Counted from the first letter of the stretch, positions 22,812 through 34,471 are shown. The stretch is 64,000 bases of DNA from an uncultured Rubrivirga sp. (GCA_964385255.1 CAYLOH010000005.1:35956-99955), one strand, 5' to 3'. Numbers and translations are program-made. Notes: generated by a model from the sequence alone, not told the origin.

Positions 22812-23443
22812 TCATCCTGGCCGAGGAATTCACCGAACAAGCAACCGTCACCAACTGGCCGGTGCGACTGGCCCTCGTCGCCGTGATGGTCGCGATCATC
22901 GCCTTGGTGCTGTTGGGGCTGCGCCGGGGCTGGCGCTCTCGCCAGCGACGGCAAGCCGATATTCCCCCGCCTCTGGGGTTGGACGATGCACGGGTGTCGA
23001 TCGAGCAGGGAGCCGGTGTGTCGGGCTTGTACGTGGGAACGGCCATGTCTGGAGATTGGCTTGACCGCGTCGCTGTTCACGGCCTCGGCGTTCGTAGTCG
23101 GGCGGAGGTCCATTCGACGGCGCAAGGCCTAGCCATCGTGCGTGAGGGTGCTCCGTCGTTCTTCATTCCCGTCGCGGACATCGTCGGAGTACGGGTCGAC
23201 AGGGGAGTCGCGGGGACGGTGCGGGCGAAGGACAGCGTGCTCGTGGTGACCTGGCGCTTGGGCTCGGTGAACGTCGATACCGGTTTCCGGGCGGATGACG
23301 GCGCCGGTCATCGAACCTTGTTGGATGGTCCTATGTCGGCATTCCAGGCGGGGGAGGATGGTCCCCGCCGTTCGGGCACGCAAACGGGCACGCAAACGGG
23401 CACGCAAACGGGCACTGAAACGAGCGGGGACACGAGCCGATGA
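22808..23443 (+). CDS. Conserved membrane protein between pyrC and carA, with a GTQT-repeat tail
   Basis: GTGA overlap with pyrC and ATGA overlap with carA. One N-terminal TM segment ([18 protein letters not shown]). Its position matches the unnamed membrane gene of mycobacterial pyr operons (from memory). The C-terminus is (GTQT)x3-GTET. Confidence 0.6.
   Translation: MIILAEEFTEQATVTNWPVRLALVAVMVAIIALVLLGLRRGWRSRQRRQADIPPPLGLDDARVSIEQGAGVSGLYVGTAMSGDWLDRVAVHGLGVRSRAEVHSTAQGLAIVREGAPSFFIPVADIVGVRVDRGVAGTVRAKDSVLVVTWRLGSVNVDTGFRADDGAGHRTLLDGPMSAFQAGEDGPRRSGTQTGTQTGTQTGTETSGDTSR
23374..23421. repeat. 12-bp in-frame tandem repeat, four copies (GGGCACGCAAAC x3 plus GGGCACTGAAAC)
   Basis: Read directly. 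Units are at 23374-85, 23386-97 and 23398-409 (identical) and 23410-21 (2 mismatches). They encode [16 protein letters not shown]. Confidence 0.95.
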
Positions 23444-24600
23444 GCAGAGATCGCGAACCGGCGGTGCTCGTTCTCGAGGACGGCCGGATGATGCGCGGCT
23501 ACGCCTATGGAGCGACGGGCGAGACATTCGGCGAGGCGGTCTTCTCGACCGGCATGACCGGGTACCAGGAGACCTTGACCGATCCTTCGTACCACCGTCA
23601 GGTCGTGATCATGACGGCCCCTCATATCGGCAATACCGGGATGAACGACGAGGATCTCGAATCGCGTCGCATTTGGGTGGCGGGTTACGTCGTTCGGAAT
23701 CCATCGCGCATCTTCTCCAATTGGCGAGCGCAGCGCAGTTTGGATCAGGATCTTCGAGAGTGTGGTGTGGTTGGCATCGCCGGTGTCGACACGCGTGCGC
23801 TCACTCGGCACTTGCGGGAAGCAGGTGCCATGCGCGTGGGAATCTTCAGTGGGGATGCCGCCCACCAGACCGATGACCAGATGTTGGCAGCCGTGCGCAG
23901 CAGTCCTGGCATGGTCGGCGCCAATTTGACAGACGACGTCGCAACCGACGAGGCGTACACGGTCCCGGCGATCGGCGAGGAACGTGGAACGGTGGTTGCC
24001 ATCGACCTTGGAATCAAGTCCATGACTCCGCAGCGGATGGCCGAGCGAGGTCTGACCGTCCACGTGGTTCCCGCCTCCACCGACTGGCAGGAGATCACGC
24101 GGTGGAACCCCGATGGAGTCTTCTTCTCGAACGGACCCGGCGACCCGGCGACCGCGGAGCACGCCGTCGCATTGATGACGAGTGCGCTGGCCTCGGGTAT
24201 ACCGGTCTTCGGCATCTGCTTCGGTAACCAGATCCTCGGTCGAGCGCTGGGTCTTTCCACCTACAAGTTGCGGTTCGGTCACCGGGGCATCAACCAACCC
24301 GTGAAGGACTTGAGAACCGGCAAGGTGGAGGTAACGGCGCACAATCACGGTTTCGCCGTCCTGGCACCCGTGGGTGAAGAGTTCGATACCCCGTTCGGGA
24401 AGGCTCGCGTATCCCACGTGTGCCTGAACGATGGAGTCGTCGAGGGTCTGGAACTTCTGGACGGTCGCGCCTTCAGCGTGCAGTACCACCCCGAGGCCGC
24501 GGCCGGTCCCCACGACGCCGACTATCTTTTCGATCGTTTCGTCGACGCCATTGAAACCTTCGCCGCTGGCAGCGCCGATGCTCGAGGCGGTGGCCGCTAG
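23440..24600 (+). CDS. carA: Carbamoyl-phosphate synthase small subunit
   Basis: LVLEDG....G.....[20 protein letters not shown]...MT.PHIGNTG. The GATase triad region is GICFGNQ...HNHGFAV. Confidence 0.95.
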   Translation: MSRDREPAVLVLEDGRMMRGYAYGATGETFGEAVFSTGMTGYQETLTDPSYHRQVVIMTAPHIGNTGMNDEDLESRRIWVAGYVVRNPSRIFSNWRAQRSLDQDLRECGVVGIAGVDTRALTRHLREAGAMRVGIFSGDAAHQTDDQMLAAVRSSPGMVGANLTDDVATDEAYTVPAIGEERGTVVAIDLGIKSMTPQRMAERGLTVHVVPASTDWQEITRWNPDGVFFSNGPGDPATAEHAVALMTSALASGIPVFGICFGNQILGRALGLSTYKLRFGHRGINQPVKDLRTGKVEVTAHNHGFAVLAPVGEEFDTPFGKARVSHVCLNDGVVEGLELLDGRAFSVQYHPEAAAGPHDADYLFDRFVDAIETFAAGSADARGGGR

Positions 24601-27600
24601 TGCCGAAGCGTGCGGATATTTCATCGGTTCTCGTCATCGGCTCCGGTCCCATCGTGATTGGGCAGGCGTGCGAATTCGACTACTCCGGTACCCAGGCATG
24701 TCGCGTCCTCAAGTCCGAGGGCTTGCGCGTGATCTTGGTGAACTCCAATCCCGCCACGATCATGACCGACCCTGAGTTCGCCGACGCTACCTACGTTGAG
24801 CCCATCACTCCGGAATACGTCGAGCGAATCATCGCCAAAGAGCGGCCCGATGCCCTGTTACCGACTCTGGGTGGACAGACGGCTTTGAACACAGCCATCG
24901 CGTTGCACAACGCGGGAGTTCTGGAGAAATACGGGGTCGAACTCATCGGTGCCGACGTCGATGCCATCGAGCGCGGCGAGAACCGGGAGAAGTTCCGCTC
25001 GATCGTCGAATCCATCGGCGGCCATAGTGCGCGGTCCATCATCTGTCACACCCTCGATGAGTGTTTTGCGGCAACCGAGGAGCTCGGCTATCCGGTCGTT
25101 GTGCGTCCGTCCTTCACGATGGGCGGCGCCGGATCGGGCATCGCTTATGACCCCGACGACCTCGCTCGTATTGCTGGTGCTGGCCTGCAAGCGAGTCCGA
25201 CGACCGAAGTCCTCTTGGAGGAGTCGATCATCGGCTGGAAGGAATTCGAACTGGAGTTGATGCGAGACCGCAACGACAACGTGGTCGTCGTCTGCTCGAT
25301 CGAGAACCTCGATCCCATGGGTGTCCACACCGGAGATTCCATAACCGTGGCTCCCGCACTGACATTGACCGACCGCGAGTACCAACACATGCGCGACGTT
25401 GGCATCGACATCATCCGTGCGGTCGGCGTCGACACGGGTGGTTGCAACATCCAGTTCGCCATAAACCCCGTCGACGGTCGAATGATCGTCATCGAGATGA
25501 ACCCTCGGGTGTCTCGCTCCTCGGCCCTGGCGTCCAAAGCAACCGGCTTTCCGATCGCCAAGATCGCTGCACGTTTGGCGATCGGCTACACGCTGGACGA
25601 GATCCCGAACGACATCACACGCAAGACCCCCGCCTCTTTCGAACCAACACTGGACTACATCGTCGTCAAGGTCCCCCGGTTCGCCTTCGAGAAGTTCCCG
25701 GGAGCCGACACCACCTTGACCACAACGATGAAGAGTGTCGGTGAGGCGATGGCCATCGGTCGTAGCTTCCCGGAGGCCCTGCAGAAGGCTTTGCGCTCGA
25801 TGGAGCGACCTGCGGCGATGTTCTCGTGGCCGAGAGGCGACCTTGAGATTTCCACCCTCATCGAAGGCATGCGACGGCCACACGATGGTCGCCTGCTGTT
25901 GGTCCAACAAGCTCTGTGGGCAGGAGCGGGAATCGACGCCGTGCACGAAGCAACCGGGATCGATCCATGGTTCTTGGACCAGATCGAGCAGATCAATGAG
26001 ATGGCGGACGTCATCGCCGGATTGCAGTCCCTGGATCGTGAATCCCTCGTCGAGGCGAAGGGCATGGGCTTCAGCGACGAACAGATAGGACAGTTGCGTG
26101 GCCTGTCGGAAGACGAGGTGCGGGAACTGCGCCATTCATGGGGGATTCGACCGGTGTACAAGACCGTCGACACCTGTGCTGCCGAGTTCGAGGCGACGAC
26201 TCCCTACCACTATTCGTCGTACGACGAGGAAGACGAGTCGAATCCGAGCGATCGCGAGAAGGTGATCATCCTCGGATCAGGACCCAACCGCATCGGGCAA
26301 GGAATCGAATTCGACTACTCGTGCGTTCATGCCGCGCTTGCCCTCGCCGATGCAGGGTTCGAAACGATCATGGTCAACTGCAATCCCGAGACCGTGTCCA
26401 CCGACTACGACACATCCGATCGCCTGTATTTCGAGCCATTGACGTGCGAGGACGTTCTGGAGGTCGTCCACGTGGAGCAACAGCGTGGACACGTGGCAGG
26501 CGTGATCGTGCAACTGGGTGGACAAACACCGCTGGGGCTTGCCCGACGCCTCGCCGATGCGGGCGTTCCCATCGTCGGAACCAGTCCGGAAGCGATCCAC
26601 CTGGCCGAAGAGCGCGGGGCGTTCGGTGAGGTCCTCGCCCGGGCTGGCTTGCCCGCCCCCGAGCACGGCACGGCACGATCCTTCGACGAGGCTCAAGCCA
26701 TCGCGGCCCGTGTCGGTTACCCGGTTCTGGTGCGCCCGAGTTACGTCCTCGGTGGACGCGGCATGGAGATCGTCTACGACGACGCCATGTTGGCTGACTA
26801 CCTTCGGCGCTCCACCGACATCACCAGCGAACATCCTGTTCTCGTCGATCGCTTCCTCGACGACGCGATCGAGATCGATGTTGATGCGCTCTACGACGGC
26901 GAGGAGTTGTACCTCGCAGGAGTCATGGAGCACATCGAGGAGGCGGGAATCCATTCCGGCGACTCCGCTTGTGCCCTGCCACCGATCACGCTCGGCGTCT
27001 CCGATATCGAGCGCATCCGCGAGTCGACCCTTGGGATCGCTCGTGGTGTCGGTGTGCGTGGACTGCTCAACGTCCAGTTCGCCTTGGCTGCAGACACCCT
27101 CTACGTATTGGAGGCGAACCCCCGCGCGTCTCGGACGGTGCCCTTCGTCTCGAAGGCAACCGGAGTCCAGGTGGCCAAGGCTGCCGCACGGATCATGTTG
27201 GGGGCGACGATCGAGCAGTTGCGCAGTGAAGGCCTGTTACCAGCCCGTGGCGATGGGGGATCCTTGCCGAAGGGCGGCGCCATCGCGGTGAAGGAGGCGG
27301 TGCTGCCGTTCGGAAGATTCCACGGCGTGGACTCGGTTCTGGGACCGGAGATGCGATCGACGGGCGAGGTCATGGGGATAGATGCCTCCTTCGGCGTTGC
27401 GTTCGCCAAGTCCCAGCAGGGTGCCTATGCCGGGGGACTGCCGACGCACGGAACGGCATTCGTTTCGCTGGCGAACCGAGACAAGCGTGCAGCGATCTTG
27501 CCGATCAAGCGCCTCGCGGATTTGGGATTCCGCATCGTGGCCACGGAGGGCACCGCGGACGTCTTGCGTCGCAACGGCATCGAGGCCGAGGTGCTTCGTA

Positions 27601-27899
27601 AGCAACATGAGGGGCCGGGCGCCGACGGCACGCGCACTACGGTCGATGTGATCATGGATGGTGGTATCGACCTGATCATCAATACGCCGTACGGAGTAGG
27701 GCCGCGAGTCGATGGCTACGAAATCCGAACGGCGGCCGTCACCATGGGCGTACCGTGCGTGACGACTGTTCAGGGCTTGAGTGCGGCGGTTCAGGGCATC
27801 GATGCCCTGGTCTCCACCGAGCTCGGCGTTCGCTCGCTGCAGGAATACGCCCTCGAATTGACCCGATTGCGCCAGCGGACGGAAGCGGTGGGTGGCTGA
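24600..27899 (+). CDS. carB: Carbamoyl-phosphate synthase large subunit
   Basis: 1099 aa with duplicated ATP-grasp halves ([24 protein letters not shown] and [24 protein letters not shown]) and an MGS-like C-terminus. GTG 24600 shares 1 nt with the carA TAG. Confidence 0.95.
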   Translation: MPKRADISSVLVIGSGPIVIGQACEFDYSGTQACRVLKSEGLRVILVNSNPATIMTDPEFADATYVEPITPEYVERIIAKERPDALLPTLGGQTALNTAIALHNAGVLEKYGVELIGADVDAIERGENREKFRSIVESIGGHSARSIICHTLDECFAATEELGYPVVVRPSFTMGGAGSGIAYDPDDLARIAGAGLQASPTTEVLLEESIIGWKEFELELMRDRNDNVVVVCSIENLDPMGVHTGDSITVAPALTLTDREYQHMRDVGIDIIRAVGVDTGGCNIQFAINPVDGRMIVIEMNPRVSRSSALASKATGFPIAKIAARLAIGYTLDEIPNDITRKTPASFEPTLDYIVVKVPRFAFEKFPGADTTLTTTMKSVGEAMAIGRSFPEALQKALRSMERPAAMFSWPRGDLEISTLIEGMRRPHDGRLLLVQQALWAGAGIDAVHEATGIDPWFLDQIEQINEMADVIAGLQSLDRESLVEAKGMGFSDEQIGQLRGLSEDEVRELRHSWGIRPVYKTVDTCAAEFEATTPYHYSSYDEEDESNPSDREKVIILGSGPNRIGQGIEFDYSCVHAALALADAGFETIMVNCNPETVSTDYDTSDRLYFEPLTCEDVLEVVHVEQQRGHVAGVIVQLGGQTPLGLARRLADAGVPIVGTSPEAIHLAEERGAFGEVLARAGLPAPEHGTARSFDEAQAIAARVGYPVLVRPSYVLGGRGMEIVYDDAMLADYLRRSTDITSEHPVLVDRFLDDAIEIDVDALYDGEELYLAGVMEHIEEAGIHSGDSACALPPITLGVSDIERIRESTLGIARGVGVRGLLNVQFALAADTLYVLEANPRASRTVPFVSKATGVQVAKAAARIMLGATIEQLRSEGLLPARGDGGSLPKGGAIAVKEAVLPFGRFHGVDSVLGPEMRSTGEVMGIDASFGVAFAKSQQGAYAGGLPTHGTAFVSLANRDKRAAILPIKRLADLGFRIVATEGTADVLRRNGIEAEVLRKQHEGPGADGTRTTVDVIMDGGIDLIINTPYGVGPRVDGYEIRTAAVTMGVPCVTTVQGLSAAVQGIDALVSTELGVRSLQEYALELTRLRQRTEAVGG

Positions 27900-28756
27900 T
27901 GCCCGAACAGATCCTCTCCGAGGTGCTCGACAACCGTCGCGTTGGTGAGTACCACGTGCTCTCGTTGACGGCACCGGGTGTGTCGGAGACCGCTCGTCCT
28001 GGCCACTTCGTGACCCTGGCGATGGGTGGTGAGGAGTCGAGCATGGTCCTGCGCCGCGCCTTCGCGATCCATCAGGTGGCGTCTCGAGGTGTCTATGGCG
28101 GAACCTTGGACATCGCGGTGTCCGTTCAAGGTCTGGGCACCCGTTGGTTGGCAGATCGCCGTCGACACGACGTGGTGAGTCTGGTTGGGCCTTTGGGTCA
28201 ACCCTTCTCCCTGCCCAAGCAGGGAGTCTCGTGCGTCTTGGTGGGCGGCGGGTACGGCAGTGCGCCGCTGTTCATGCTTGCGCAGAGTCTTCGAGACCGC
28301 GGCTGCCGCGTGGACATGGTCATCGGTGCCTCGACTGAGGCGAAGTTGTTCGGTGTGCTGGAACTGAAGAGGTTGGCGTCGTCCCTGACGATCACCACCG
28401 ACGATGGCAGTGCAGGAGTGCGTGGACGAGTGACCGACGTACTCGGGGAGTCGATGGATCGCTCGGGGGCCGACGTCGTCTACGCCTGCGGCCCGATGCC
28501 CATGCTCGCCGAGGTCGCACACATCGCAACCAAGCGACGGGTATTCAGCCAGTGTGCGGTCGAGGAGTCCATGGCGTGTGGGATCGGTGTGTGCATGACC
28601 TGCGTTCTGCCGGTAGTCGGCGACGACGGGGTGACCCGCATGGTCCGCTCCTGCGTCGACGGCCCGGTGTTCCGCGGCGATCGTGTTCGCTGGCGTGACA
28701 TTGGATCGATCCCCGCCGATGCGTTCGGGGCCCCCGATCAGGAGGTGGGTCGGTGA
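27899..28756 (+). CDS. pyrK: Dihydroorotate dehydrogenase (class 1B) electron-transfer subunit
   Basis: FAD/NAD-binding fold (LRRAFAI, LVGGGYGSAPL) and a C-terminal 2Fe-2S cysteine cluster (CGIGVCMTC...C). ATG 27899 shares 1 nt with the carB TGA. Confidence 0.85.
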   Translation: MPEQILSEVLDNRRVGEYHVLSLTAPGVSETARPGHFVTLAMGGEESSMVLRRAFAIHQVASRGVYGGTLDIAVSVQGLGTRWLADRRRHDVVSLVGPLGQPFSLPKQGVSCVLVGGGYGSAPLFMLAQSLRDRGCRVDMVIGASTEAKLFGVLELKRLASSLTITTDDGSAGVRGRVTDVLGESMDRSGADVVYACGPMPMLAEVAHIATKRRVFSQCAVEESMACGIGVCMTCVLPVVGDDGVTRMVRSCVDGPVFRGDRVRWRDIGSIPADAFGAPDQEVGR

Positions 28757-29808
28757 GCCGAGCGCTGATCTCCGGTGGTCCTGACCGTCGAGGGCGCGAC
28801 CGACGGTCGAAGGACGATCATGCCGTCCACGTCGACATGCGAACCGAGCTCGCCGGTTTGGAACTGCCGAGCCCGATCCTCACCGCATCTGGCTGCGCGG
28901 CGGCGGGGCGGGAACTCGATGCCTTCATGGACATCACACAGATCGGTGCAGTCGTAACGAAGAGCGTCATGCTCAAACCCCGCGCTGGTCGCGCCACGCC
29001 TCGCATGGCCGAAACCCCGAGCGGAATGCTGAATTCGATCGGATTGCAGGGGCCGGGAATCGAGTCGTTCATTGAGAACGACCTGGCGTGGTTGGCATCA
29101 CGAGGTGCTCGGACGATCGTGTCGATCGCGGGGGAGAGCGTCGACGAGTACGGACGGTTGGCATCGAAGTTGCGCAATGTCGGGGGCGTCGATGCGATCG
29201 AAGTGAACATCTCGTGCCCGAATGTCGCCGATCGGGGTCAGGTCTTCGCCTGTCGCAGTGAATCCGCAGCACAGGTCATCCAAGCCGTACGCCGCAGCAG
29301 TGATTCGCGCACTCCGATATTCGCCAAATTGTCTCCCGATGTCACCGACATCGTCGAGATAGCCGACTCGGTGATCCGAGCAGGAGCCACGGGGGTCTCG
29401 CTCATCAATACCTTGCTTGGCATGGTCATCGACACGCGCACCATGCGACCCGCCCTCGCGGGAGTGACGGGTGGCTTATCCGGTCCCGCCGTTCGTCCTG
29501 TCGCCGTGCGCTGCGTGTGGCAAGTGCGCCAAGCCTTCCCCACTATTCCGATCATCGGGATGGGCGGAATCCGCAGCGGCCACGACGCACTCGAATTCCT
29601 CGCGGCAGGCGCCAATGCCGTCTCGGTCGGTACCGCGGTGTTCAACGACCCACGCGCACCCCTCCGCGTCCAGACGGAGTTGGCCGACCTGCTGATCGAG
29701 CGTGGCATCGCTCGGGTGAGCGACGTCATCGGCATGGCACACCGGCCCGTTGACGTCACCGAAGCCGAACCGGATGTCGATCCGGAGTGGGACTTCATCT
29801 CCGAGTGA
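28753..29808 (+). CDS. pyrD: Dihydroorotate dehydrogenase catalytic subunit (class 1B) with a short Arg-rich N-terminal extension
   Basis: LELPSPILTASGC...VVTKS....R.GR..PRMAE...GMLNSIGLQ...NISCPN...GGLSGPA.RP. AGGAGG at 28740-45 lies 7 nt before GTG 28753 (GTGA overlap with pyrK). Alternative internal ATG at 28837. Confidence 0.85.
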   Translation: MSRALISGGPDRRGRDRRSKDDHAVHVDMRTELAGLELPSPILTASGCAAAGRELDAFMDITQIGAVVTKSVMLKPRAGRATPRMAETPSGMLNSIGLQGPGIESFIENDLAWLASRGARTIVSIAGESVDEYGRLASKLRNVGGVDAIEVNISCPNVADRGQVFACRSESAAQVIQAVRRSSDSRTPIFAKLSPDVTDIVEIADSVIRAGATGVSLINTLLGMVIDTRTMRPALAGVTGGLSGPAVRPVAVRCVWQVRQAFPTIPIIGMGGIRSGHDALEFLAAGANAVSVGTAVFNDPRAPLRVQTELADLLIERGIARVSDVIGMAHRPVDVTEAEPDVDPEWDFISE

Positions 29809-29812
29809 ACGG

Positions 29813-30553
29813 ATGCACGTGAACGATCCCGACAGCGGCACGGCCGCTGGCAAGGCGCCCATCGCCGTTGCCCTTGATGCCCCCGACGGTGAGGTTCTGC
29901 ATGCCTGGGCCATGGCCGTGGCGCCGGTGGTGTCCTGCCTGAAGGTTGGCCTCGAGGCCTTCTGCCGTGACGGCCACCGAAGCGTCGAGTCGGCCCGAGC
30001 GGCCGCAACCACCGCCGGATTTGCGGACATCGACATATTCCTGGACCTCAAACTGCACGACATCCCGGCTACGGTCGCGGGAGCCGCACGCGCCGTCGGT
30101 CGACTCGAGCCCACGTATCTGACGGTGCACGCCGCGGGTGGACCGGACATGATCGAGGCCGCAGCTGGTGCGCTGCCGAGCACTCGGATCACGGCCGTCA
30201 CGGTCTTGACGAGCGTGGACCAACAGATGATCTACGAACTAGGGATCGAGGGCACGACGCAGGAAGTGGTCCTGCGCTGGGCGAGGGTCGCAGTCGACGC
30301 CGGAGCCCGCGCCTTGGTCTGCTCGCCATGGGAAGTGGCGGCGCTACGCGCGGTAGTGCCCCCCGATGTTCACCTCATTACGCCCGGCGTTCGACCCATC
30401 GGTGCCGACACACACGACCAGCGGCGTTCGGCGACACCGCGTCAGGCACTCGACGACGGAGCCGATCTGCTCGTCATCGGGCGTCCGATCACCGGCGAGT
30501 CGGATCCGAGGGCCGCTGCGCGCGCCATAGCCGCGGAGTGCGCGTCGCGATGA
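29813..30553 (+). CDS. pyrF: Orotidine-5'-phosphate decarboxylase
   Basis: PIAVALD....E.......V...V..LKVGLE....G.......G...FLDLKLHDIP.TV......TVHA.GG...ITPG.R...IGRPI. Confidence 0.9.
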   Translation: MHVNDPDSGTAAGKAPIAVALDAPDGEVLHAWAMAVAPVVSCLKVGLEAFCRDGHRSVESARAAATTAGFADIDIFLDLKLHDIPATVAGAARAVGRLEPTYLTVHAAGGPDMIEAAAGALPSTRITAVTVLTSVDQQMIYELGIEGTTQEVVLRWARVAVDAGARALVCSPWEVAALRAVVPPDVHLITPGVRPIGADTHDQRRSATPRQALDDGADLLVIGRPITGESDPRAAARAIAAECASR

Positions 30554-30888
30554 CCCCTCCGAAACTCACCACCCTCCAACGAGAGCAGGCTCGCGCCGCG
30601 GCACTGCGCTCTCGGCGAGAGCGGTCGAGCGTGAAGGCCTCGGTACGAGAGGGTCGTACCTCTTTATCCGACGTGTTGCAGTCGCCCGATCCGCAGGTGC
30701 AGGGAATGCGGGTGCGCGACGTCCTCTTGGCCATCCCGAAGGTCGGACCCATCCGATGTGCGCAGATCATGGAGCGAATCGGCATCGCGAAGACGCGCCG
30801 TGTTCGAGGATTGTCGGATCGTCAACGCGAGGCGCTGACATCGGCGTTGGCCGCTGCTCCGATGGGCGATGGCGAGGAGAACGGATGA
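30550..30888 (+). CDS. mihF: Integration host factor MihF
   Basis: PKLTTLQREQARAAALRSRRERSSVKA...MRVRDVLLAIPKVGPIRCAQIMERIGIAKTRRVRGL matches the actinobacterial mIHF pattern. ATGA overlaps on both sides (pyrF, gmk). Confidence 0.85.
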   Translation: MTPPKLTTLQREQARAAALRSRRERSSVKASVREGRTSLSDVLQSPDPQVQGMRVRDVLLAIPKVGPIRCAQIMERIGIAKTRRVRGLSDRQREALTSALAAAPMGDGEENG

Positions 30889-31466
30889 ACGACAAGGCAC
30901 CGTTGATCGTCGTGAGCGGCCCATCGGGCGTCGGCAAGAGCACCGTCGTCACCGACGTACTGCGACAGCGACCGGACATCTGGCTATCGGTTTCCGTCAC
31001 CACCCGCTCGCCGCGACCGGGTGAGACCGATGGTGTCGAGTACTACTTCGTCGACGACGATCGATTCGATGAACTCATCGCCGAGGACGGGTTACTGGAA
31101 TGGGCTTTATTCGCCGGCCACCGGTACGGCACCCCGCGTGCCGAGGTGGAAAACCATCGTCGCGCGGGCACGCCGGTGCTGCTGGAAATCGAAGTGCAGG
31201 GGGCTCGGCAGGTGCGCAGGGGAGAGCCGGACGCCACCTTGATCTTCATCGCGCCGCCGAATCTGGACGTCCTGGAATCCCGACTGGTGGGTCGAGGTAC
31301 CGAGGACCCGGGTGCTGTGGCCGCACGTTTGCTGGCGGCCAAGGAGGAATTGGCTGCTGCCGGCGAGTTCGACCACGTCCTGGTCAATGCCGACGTGGAG
31401 GCGTGCGCCGGTGCCTTGATAGACTCCGCAGGCTTATCCGGACCGGCCAGCTCGGCGACTGAGTAG
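30885..31466 (+). CDS. gmk: Guanylate kinase
   Basis: LIVVSGPSGVGKSTV...SVSVTTR.PRPGE.DGVEYYFV...EWA...G..YGT. Confidence 0.9.
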   Translation: MNDKAPLIVVSGPSGVGKSTVVTDVLRQRPDIWLSVSVTTRSPRPGETDGVEYYFVDDDRFDELIAEDGLLEWALFAGHRYGTPRAEVENHRRAGTPVLLEIEVQGARQVRRGEPDATLIFIAPPNLDVLESRLVGRGTEDPGAVAARLLAAKEELAAAGEFDHVLVNADVEACAGALIDSAGLSGPASSATE

Positions 31467-31529
31467 GCGAACGGGGCTTCGCAGCCGAGGCCACGTCACG
31501 AAATGCGAAACTAGAGTGAGGCGCAACCT

Positions 31530-31898
31530 GTGACTTCCCAACCCGAGGGCATCACCTACCCCTCCATCGACGATCTGCTGGACAAGACCGATTCCAAGTA
31601 CTCCCTCGTGAGTTACGCGGCCAAGCGAGCGCGCCAGATCAATGCCTACTACTCGCAGTTGGGTGAAGGCCTCCTGGAATACGTCGGTCCCCTCGTCGAG
31701 ACCTACGTGCAGGAGAAGCCGCTGTCCATCGCCTTGCGCGAGATCGATGCCGGTTTGCTGACCGCCGAGCCTTTCGACCCGGCCCAAGTCGAAGCCGAAG
31801 CGGCCGCAGCCGCGTCCGCGGCCGCCGCGGATCCTTTCGCCGCTGCTGTCGACTTCACGGTTGTCGAGGAGTCCGGGGCCGGCGAGGAAACCGAGTAG
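31530..31898 (+). CDS. rpoZ: DNA-directed RNA polymerase subunit omega (Ala/Glu-rich C-terminal tail)
   Basis: [38 protein letters not shown] start at 31530. Confidence 0.85.
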   Translation: MTSQPEGITYPSIDDLLDKTDSKYSLVSYAAKRARQINAYYSQLGEGLLEYVGPLVETYVQEKPLSIALREIDAGLLTAEPFDPAQVEAEAAAAASAAAADPFAAAVDFTVVEESGAGEETE

Positions 31899-31912
31899 GA
31901 CGTCTCGTCGCC

Positions 31913-33157
31913 ATGGCCTCGGTGGTCCTAGGCGTCACGGGGGGAATAGCCGCGTACAAGGCGGTCGAACTCCTTCGCCTGCTCCGTGAAGCCGGGCACG
32001 ACGTCACCGTTGTGCCCACCGCAGCCGCACGGCGTTTCGTGGGGGAGCCCACATGGGCGGCGCTCTCCGGAACACCCGTGGCCGCCGACCTCTGGTCGGA
32101 CGTGGACAAGGTCCCTCACGTTGCGATCGGCCAACGTGCGGATGTGGTCATCGTGGCTCCCGCGACGGCTGACTTCCTCGCCCGGGCCACACACGGCGTC
32201 GCAAGTGATCTGCTGACCAACGTGCTTCTGACGGCGCGGTGTCCGGTGATCATGGCCCCGGCCATGCACACAGAGATGTGGCAGCACCCGGCAACCGCCG
32301 CGAACGTGGCGACCTTGCGAGAGCGCGGGGTCGTCGTCCTCGAACCCGCCGTCGGGCGACTCACGGGAGCAGATTCCGGACCTGGACGGCTCCCAGACCC
32401 CGAGCGGATCGCCGACGTCGCTTTCGACGTGCTTCATCGCATCGGTCAGGGCAGATCGCCGCGTGCTGACATGACGGGGATGCGCGTGGTGGTGAGCGTC
32501 GGTGGCACTCGCGAACCATGGGACGACGTTCGATTCATCGGCAATCGCAGCAGCGGCAAGCAGGGCTTCGCCGTCGTTCGAGCTGCCGTGGCCCGCGGTG
32601 CACAGGTGACCGCGGTCGTCGGGAGCGTCGACGAACCCGCCCCTGCAGGCTGCACGGTGGTCCGCGTTGAGACTGCCGAACACATGCGCCAGACGATGCA
32701 CGCCGTGGTGGCCGACGACGCACCCGATGCCGTGGTCATGGCAGCAGCGGTCGCCGATTTCCGGCCTGCGGACGTGAACACCGGGAAGATCACCAAGGAG
32801 TCCCTGGGGGAGGATGCAGCCAGCGTTCCTACTGTCCAGTTGGCGAGGACCACGGACATCCTGGCCGAGCTGGTCGCCAAGCGCGGGTCCTCCCGGACGC
32901 CCGTCATCGTCGGCTTCGCCGCGGAGACCCCGCAGGAGGGCGAGTCGCTGGCAGCGCGTGCTCTCGCCAAACTCACGCGCAAGGGCTGTGACGTCATCGT
33001 CGCCAACGCCGTCAACGCAGGAGCTGTCTTCGGACAGGATCAGACGACGGTCGTGCTGGTGGGGGCGGATGGAGCCGAAGTGACGATCGCGAACGCAGAC
33101 AAGCGAGATGTGGCCCACGTGCTCTGGGACACGCTCACCCCCCTGATTGCTCGCTAG
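31913..33157 (+). CDS. coaBC: Bifunctional phosphopantothenoylcysteine decarboxylase / phosphopantothenate-cysteine ligase
   Basis: [15 protein letters not shown]......V.VV.T..A..FV....[14 protein letters not shown], then GGT.EP.D.VR.I.N.SSGKQG. Confidence 0.9.
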   Translation: MASVVLGVTGGIAAYKAVELLRLLREAGHDVTVVPTAAARRFVGEPTWAALSGTPVAADLWSDVDKVPHVAIGQRADVVIVAPATADFLARATHGVASDLLTNVLLTARCPVIMAPAMHTEMWQHPATAANVATLRERGVVVLEPAVGRLTGADSGPGRLPDPERIADVAFDVLHRIGQGRSPRADMTGMRVVVSVGGTREPWDDVRFIGNRSSGKQGFAVVRAAVARGAQVTAVVGSVDEPAPAGCTVVRVETAEHMRQTMHAVVADDAPDAVVMAAAVADFRPADVNTGKITKESLGEDAASVPTVQLARTTDILAELVAKRGSSRTPVIVGFAAETPQEGESLAARALAKLTRKGCDVIVANAVNAGAVFGQDQTTVVLVGADGAEVTIANADKRDVAHVLWDTLTPLIAR

Positions 33158-33220
33158 ACTGACGCGTCCGCGCTGGGGGAGTCAAGGCCCTCCAGCAGCC
33201 GAGCCGACTAGGGGAGTTCC

Positions 33221-34471
33221 GTGGCGAACCGTTTGTTCACATCTGAATCCGTGACCGAAGGTCACCCGGACAAGATGGCCGACCAGATCAGTGACGCAAT
33301 CCTGGATGACCTCCTTCGGCAAGATCCCCGCAGCCGGGTTGCCGTCGAAACAATGCTCACCACGGGGCAGGTTCACGTAGCGGGCGAGGTCACTACCGAA
33401 GGTTTCGCCGACGTCATGAGCCTCGTGCGTCAGGCTGTCATCGGAATCGGTTACGACTCGTCGGTGAAGGGTTTCGACGGGGAGTCGTGCGGTATCAGCG
33501 TGTCCATCGGCAAGCAGTCGCCGGATATCGCCCAGGGCGTCGACGATGCCTACGAAGAGCGCGCCGACGGCAGTACCGACCCCCTCGATCGTCAAGGGGC
33601 CGGCGATCAGGGCTTGATGTTCGGTTACGCGTGCACGGACACCTCTGAATTGATGCCGCTTCCGATTTCCCTCGCGCACCGGCTGGCCGAGCAATTGACC
33701 GCCGTACGCAAAGACGGAACTCTGGACTATCTGCGTCCCGACGGAAAGACTCAGGTAACGATTCGCTACGACGAGCATGACAAGCCGATGGGGATCGACA
33801 CAATCGTCGTCAGCAGTCAACATGCGTCGAACGTTGACTTGGACAAGACTCTCGCCCCCGACGTTCGTAAGCACGTCGTGGAGCCTGTTCTCGCTACCTT
33901 CGACATCGACAGTCGCGACTATCGACTGCTGGTCAACCCCACAGGTCGCTTCGAGGTCGGCGGACCGATGGGTGACGCAGGGCTCACCGGCCGCAAGATC
34001 ATCGTGGACACCTACGGCGGCATGGCGCGTCACGGAGGTGGGGCCTTCTCGGGCAAGGATCCGTCGAAGGTGGATCGATCCGCCGCCTACGCGATGCGCT
34101 GGGTGGCCAAGAACGTCGTCGCAGCGGGTCTCGCCACCCGGTGTGAGGTTCAGGTGGCCTACGCGATCGGTGTCTCCCACCCTGTGGGCGTCTTCGTCGA
34201 GACTTTCGGCACCGGCATCATGAGTGACGAACAGATCCAAGAAGCAGTCCTGAAGGTCTTCGACCTGCGACCGGCTGCCATCATTCGCGACCTGGATCTG
34301 TTGCGTCCGATCTATCGCGCCACGAGCGCCTACGGCCACTTCGGACGCCCCCAGGGGGTCAACCAACTTCTCGACGCCGAGGATCCTTCCGCGCGCTCTA
34401 CCGTCGGACCCACCTTCACGTGGGAGAACACCGATCGTGCGCAGGATCTGATCTCCGCATCGGGTGTCTAG
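33221..34471 (+). CDS. metK: S-adenosylmethionine synthetase
   Basis: [24 protein letters not shown]...[12 protein letters not shown]...[22 protein letters not shown] start with AGGGGAG upstream. Confidence 0.95.
   Translation: MANRLFTSESVTEGHPDKMADQISDAILDDLLRQDPRSRVAVETMLTTGQVHVAGEVTTEGFADVMSLVRQAVIGIGYDSSVKGFDGESCGISVSIGKQSPDIAQGVDDAYEERADGSTDPLDRQGAGDQGLMFGYACTDTSELMPLPISLAHRLAEQLTAVRKDGTLDYLRPDGKTQVTIRYDEHDKPMGIDTIVVSSQHASNVDLDKTLAPDVRKHVVEPVLATFDIDSRDYRLLVNPTGRFEVGGPMGDAGLTGRKIIVDTYGGMARHGGGAFSGKDPSKVDRSAAYAMRWVAKNVVAAGLATRCEVQVAYAIGVSHPVGVFVETFGTGIMSDEQIQEAVLKVFDLRPAAIIRDLDLLRPIYRATSAYGHFGRPQGVNQLLDAEDPSARSTVGPTFTWENTDRAQDLISASGV

Noticed and set aside
33158-33220. Imperfect hairpin GCTGGGGG...CCCTCCAGC (about 33171-33195) upstream of metK; considered as a SAM riboswitch or terminator.
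   Set aside because: The 63-bp gap is too short for known SAM aptamers. The stem is interrupted and there is no T-tract, so it is not distinguishable from chance GC-rich pairing.
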